From: Octopus vulgaris
Taxonomy: Eukaryota
Length of the DNA stretch: 64,000 nucleotides
Direction of reading: 5' to 3'
Assembly: GCA_951406725.2 (NCBI GenBank)
Contig: OX597832.1
Location: forward strand, 6,882,001-6,946,000
Shown here: in pieces, positions 63,118-64,000 of the stretch
Layout of the letters: every line of letters begins with the position of its first letter
Position numbering within the stretch: the stretch's first letter is position 1
Program-made: the position numbers and the translations under genes
The notes under the pieces: generated by a model
Database searches by the model: none
Told to the model about the DNA's origin: nothing
Seen by the model: the letters and a program-made list of their open reading frames with translations, nothing else

Positions 63118-64000
63118 TTTTTTTCTTTTATACATCAACAACTATATGGTTTGGCCATATGAACTCTGTTAATATACACGATTGTTATATTCCTTAAAAC
63201 TGAAAGGCACACAGAAAATATCAATTAACTTTTGCTAGAAAAAAAAACTGAAAAATAAAAACAAAACCAAAGAGCTGACAGTTACTGCCTAACATTTAAT
63301 ATTTTGTCTGAGATTAGCATCTTTCTTCAATGATTATTAAAATCATTTATGAACTGTCATTAAAAAAATTAATAGATTTTGTTATGCAAAATTTTGTGAA
63401 AATGTCAACTTCTCCATGAGAAAATTTGATATTTCTAAACCTTTTCATTAGAGATAAATAAACAGTCAGCATTAAAATATACTCTTTTTCTATAACCATT
63501 GTTAAATAAACATGTACAGAACATAGGTTCAGAATTTGAAAAATAATAATAAATTTGAACAGTAATGATGAAGTCAATAGTGATTAATTAAAACATTTAT
63601 TTTGAGTATGATCATGAAAAATAAATGTATGCTTAGTTCTGTGAAGCATATGTTTATAAAACACTAGTTTCTATTTCAAGTAAATTCACAACAACAGGAC
63701 AGACAAGAAACAAAGCAGGCTTATGATTTTTGCAGAGTCCAGTAACATTTTATATGATTTTCATTTAGAATCCAACTACAATACCATTCAATTAGAAAAC
63801 AAAACTGTAAAAATTACAATCAGTTGTGCTACACTGAACAAACTTTTTAGTTTTTGGTGTTTGTATTGATTTCAAAGAGTAATTATTGATCGTGAAATAT
63901 CTTCTAAGAAATCAAAAAGCTGAAAAGTGTGTGTTGGGGGAGAAATGTCTTTTTCCTTTTTAACCTCTAATTTTATATGCAATATTATTTCACATATAGT

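Overview
AT-rich, repeat-dense eukaryotic DNA. The SINE/LINE families and microsatellites look like a coleoid cephalopod, most likely Octopus (inference). Most entries in the ORF track are repeat noise. Two spliced protein-coding genes can be reconstructed by hand with phase-consistent GT-AG junctions. (1) A minus-strand ZNF451/ZATT-like SUMO-E3/zinc-finger gene has 7 coding exons from ATG 52916 down to 6416 (about 689 codons) and apparently continues off the left edge. It encodes N-terminal SIM-like motifs, an S/T-P-x-K/R-rich basic region, C2H2 fingers and the ZNF451-type PIN-like domain. (2) A compact plus-strand gene for a secreted 167-aa VWC2/VWC2L (Brorin)-like protein, with its own TATA/Inr and polyA signal, is nested antisense inside the 22-kb second intron of gene 1. 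A nearly intact, 5'-truncated CR1-clade LINE (APE+RT, one -1 frameshift at A_AAA_AAG) sits head-to-head about 480 bp upstream of the ZNF451-like start codon. The rest is a hAT (Charlie/Buster) fossil with TIRs and TSD, Helitron-like elements, piggyBac- and hAT-type MITEs, RTE/CR1/R4/Penelope/LTR remnants, tRNA-derived SINEs and many long inverted repeats. Repeat boundaries are approximate, and family names come from motif recognition, not database searches.
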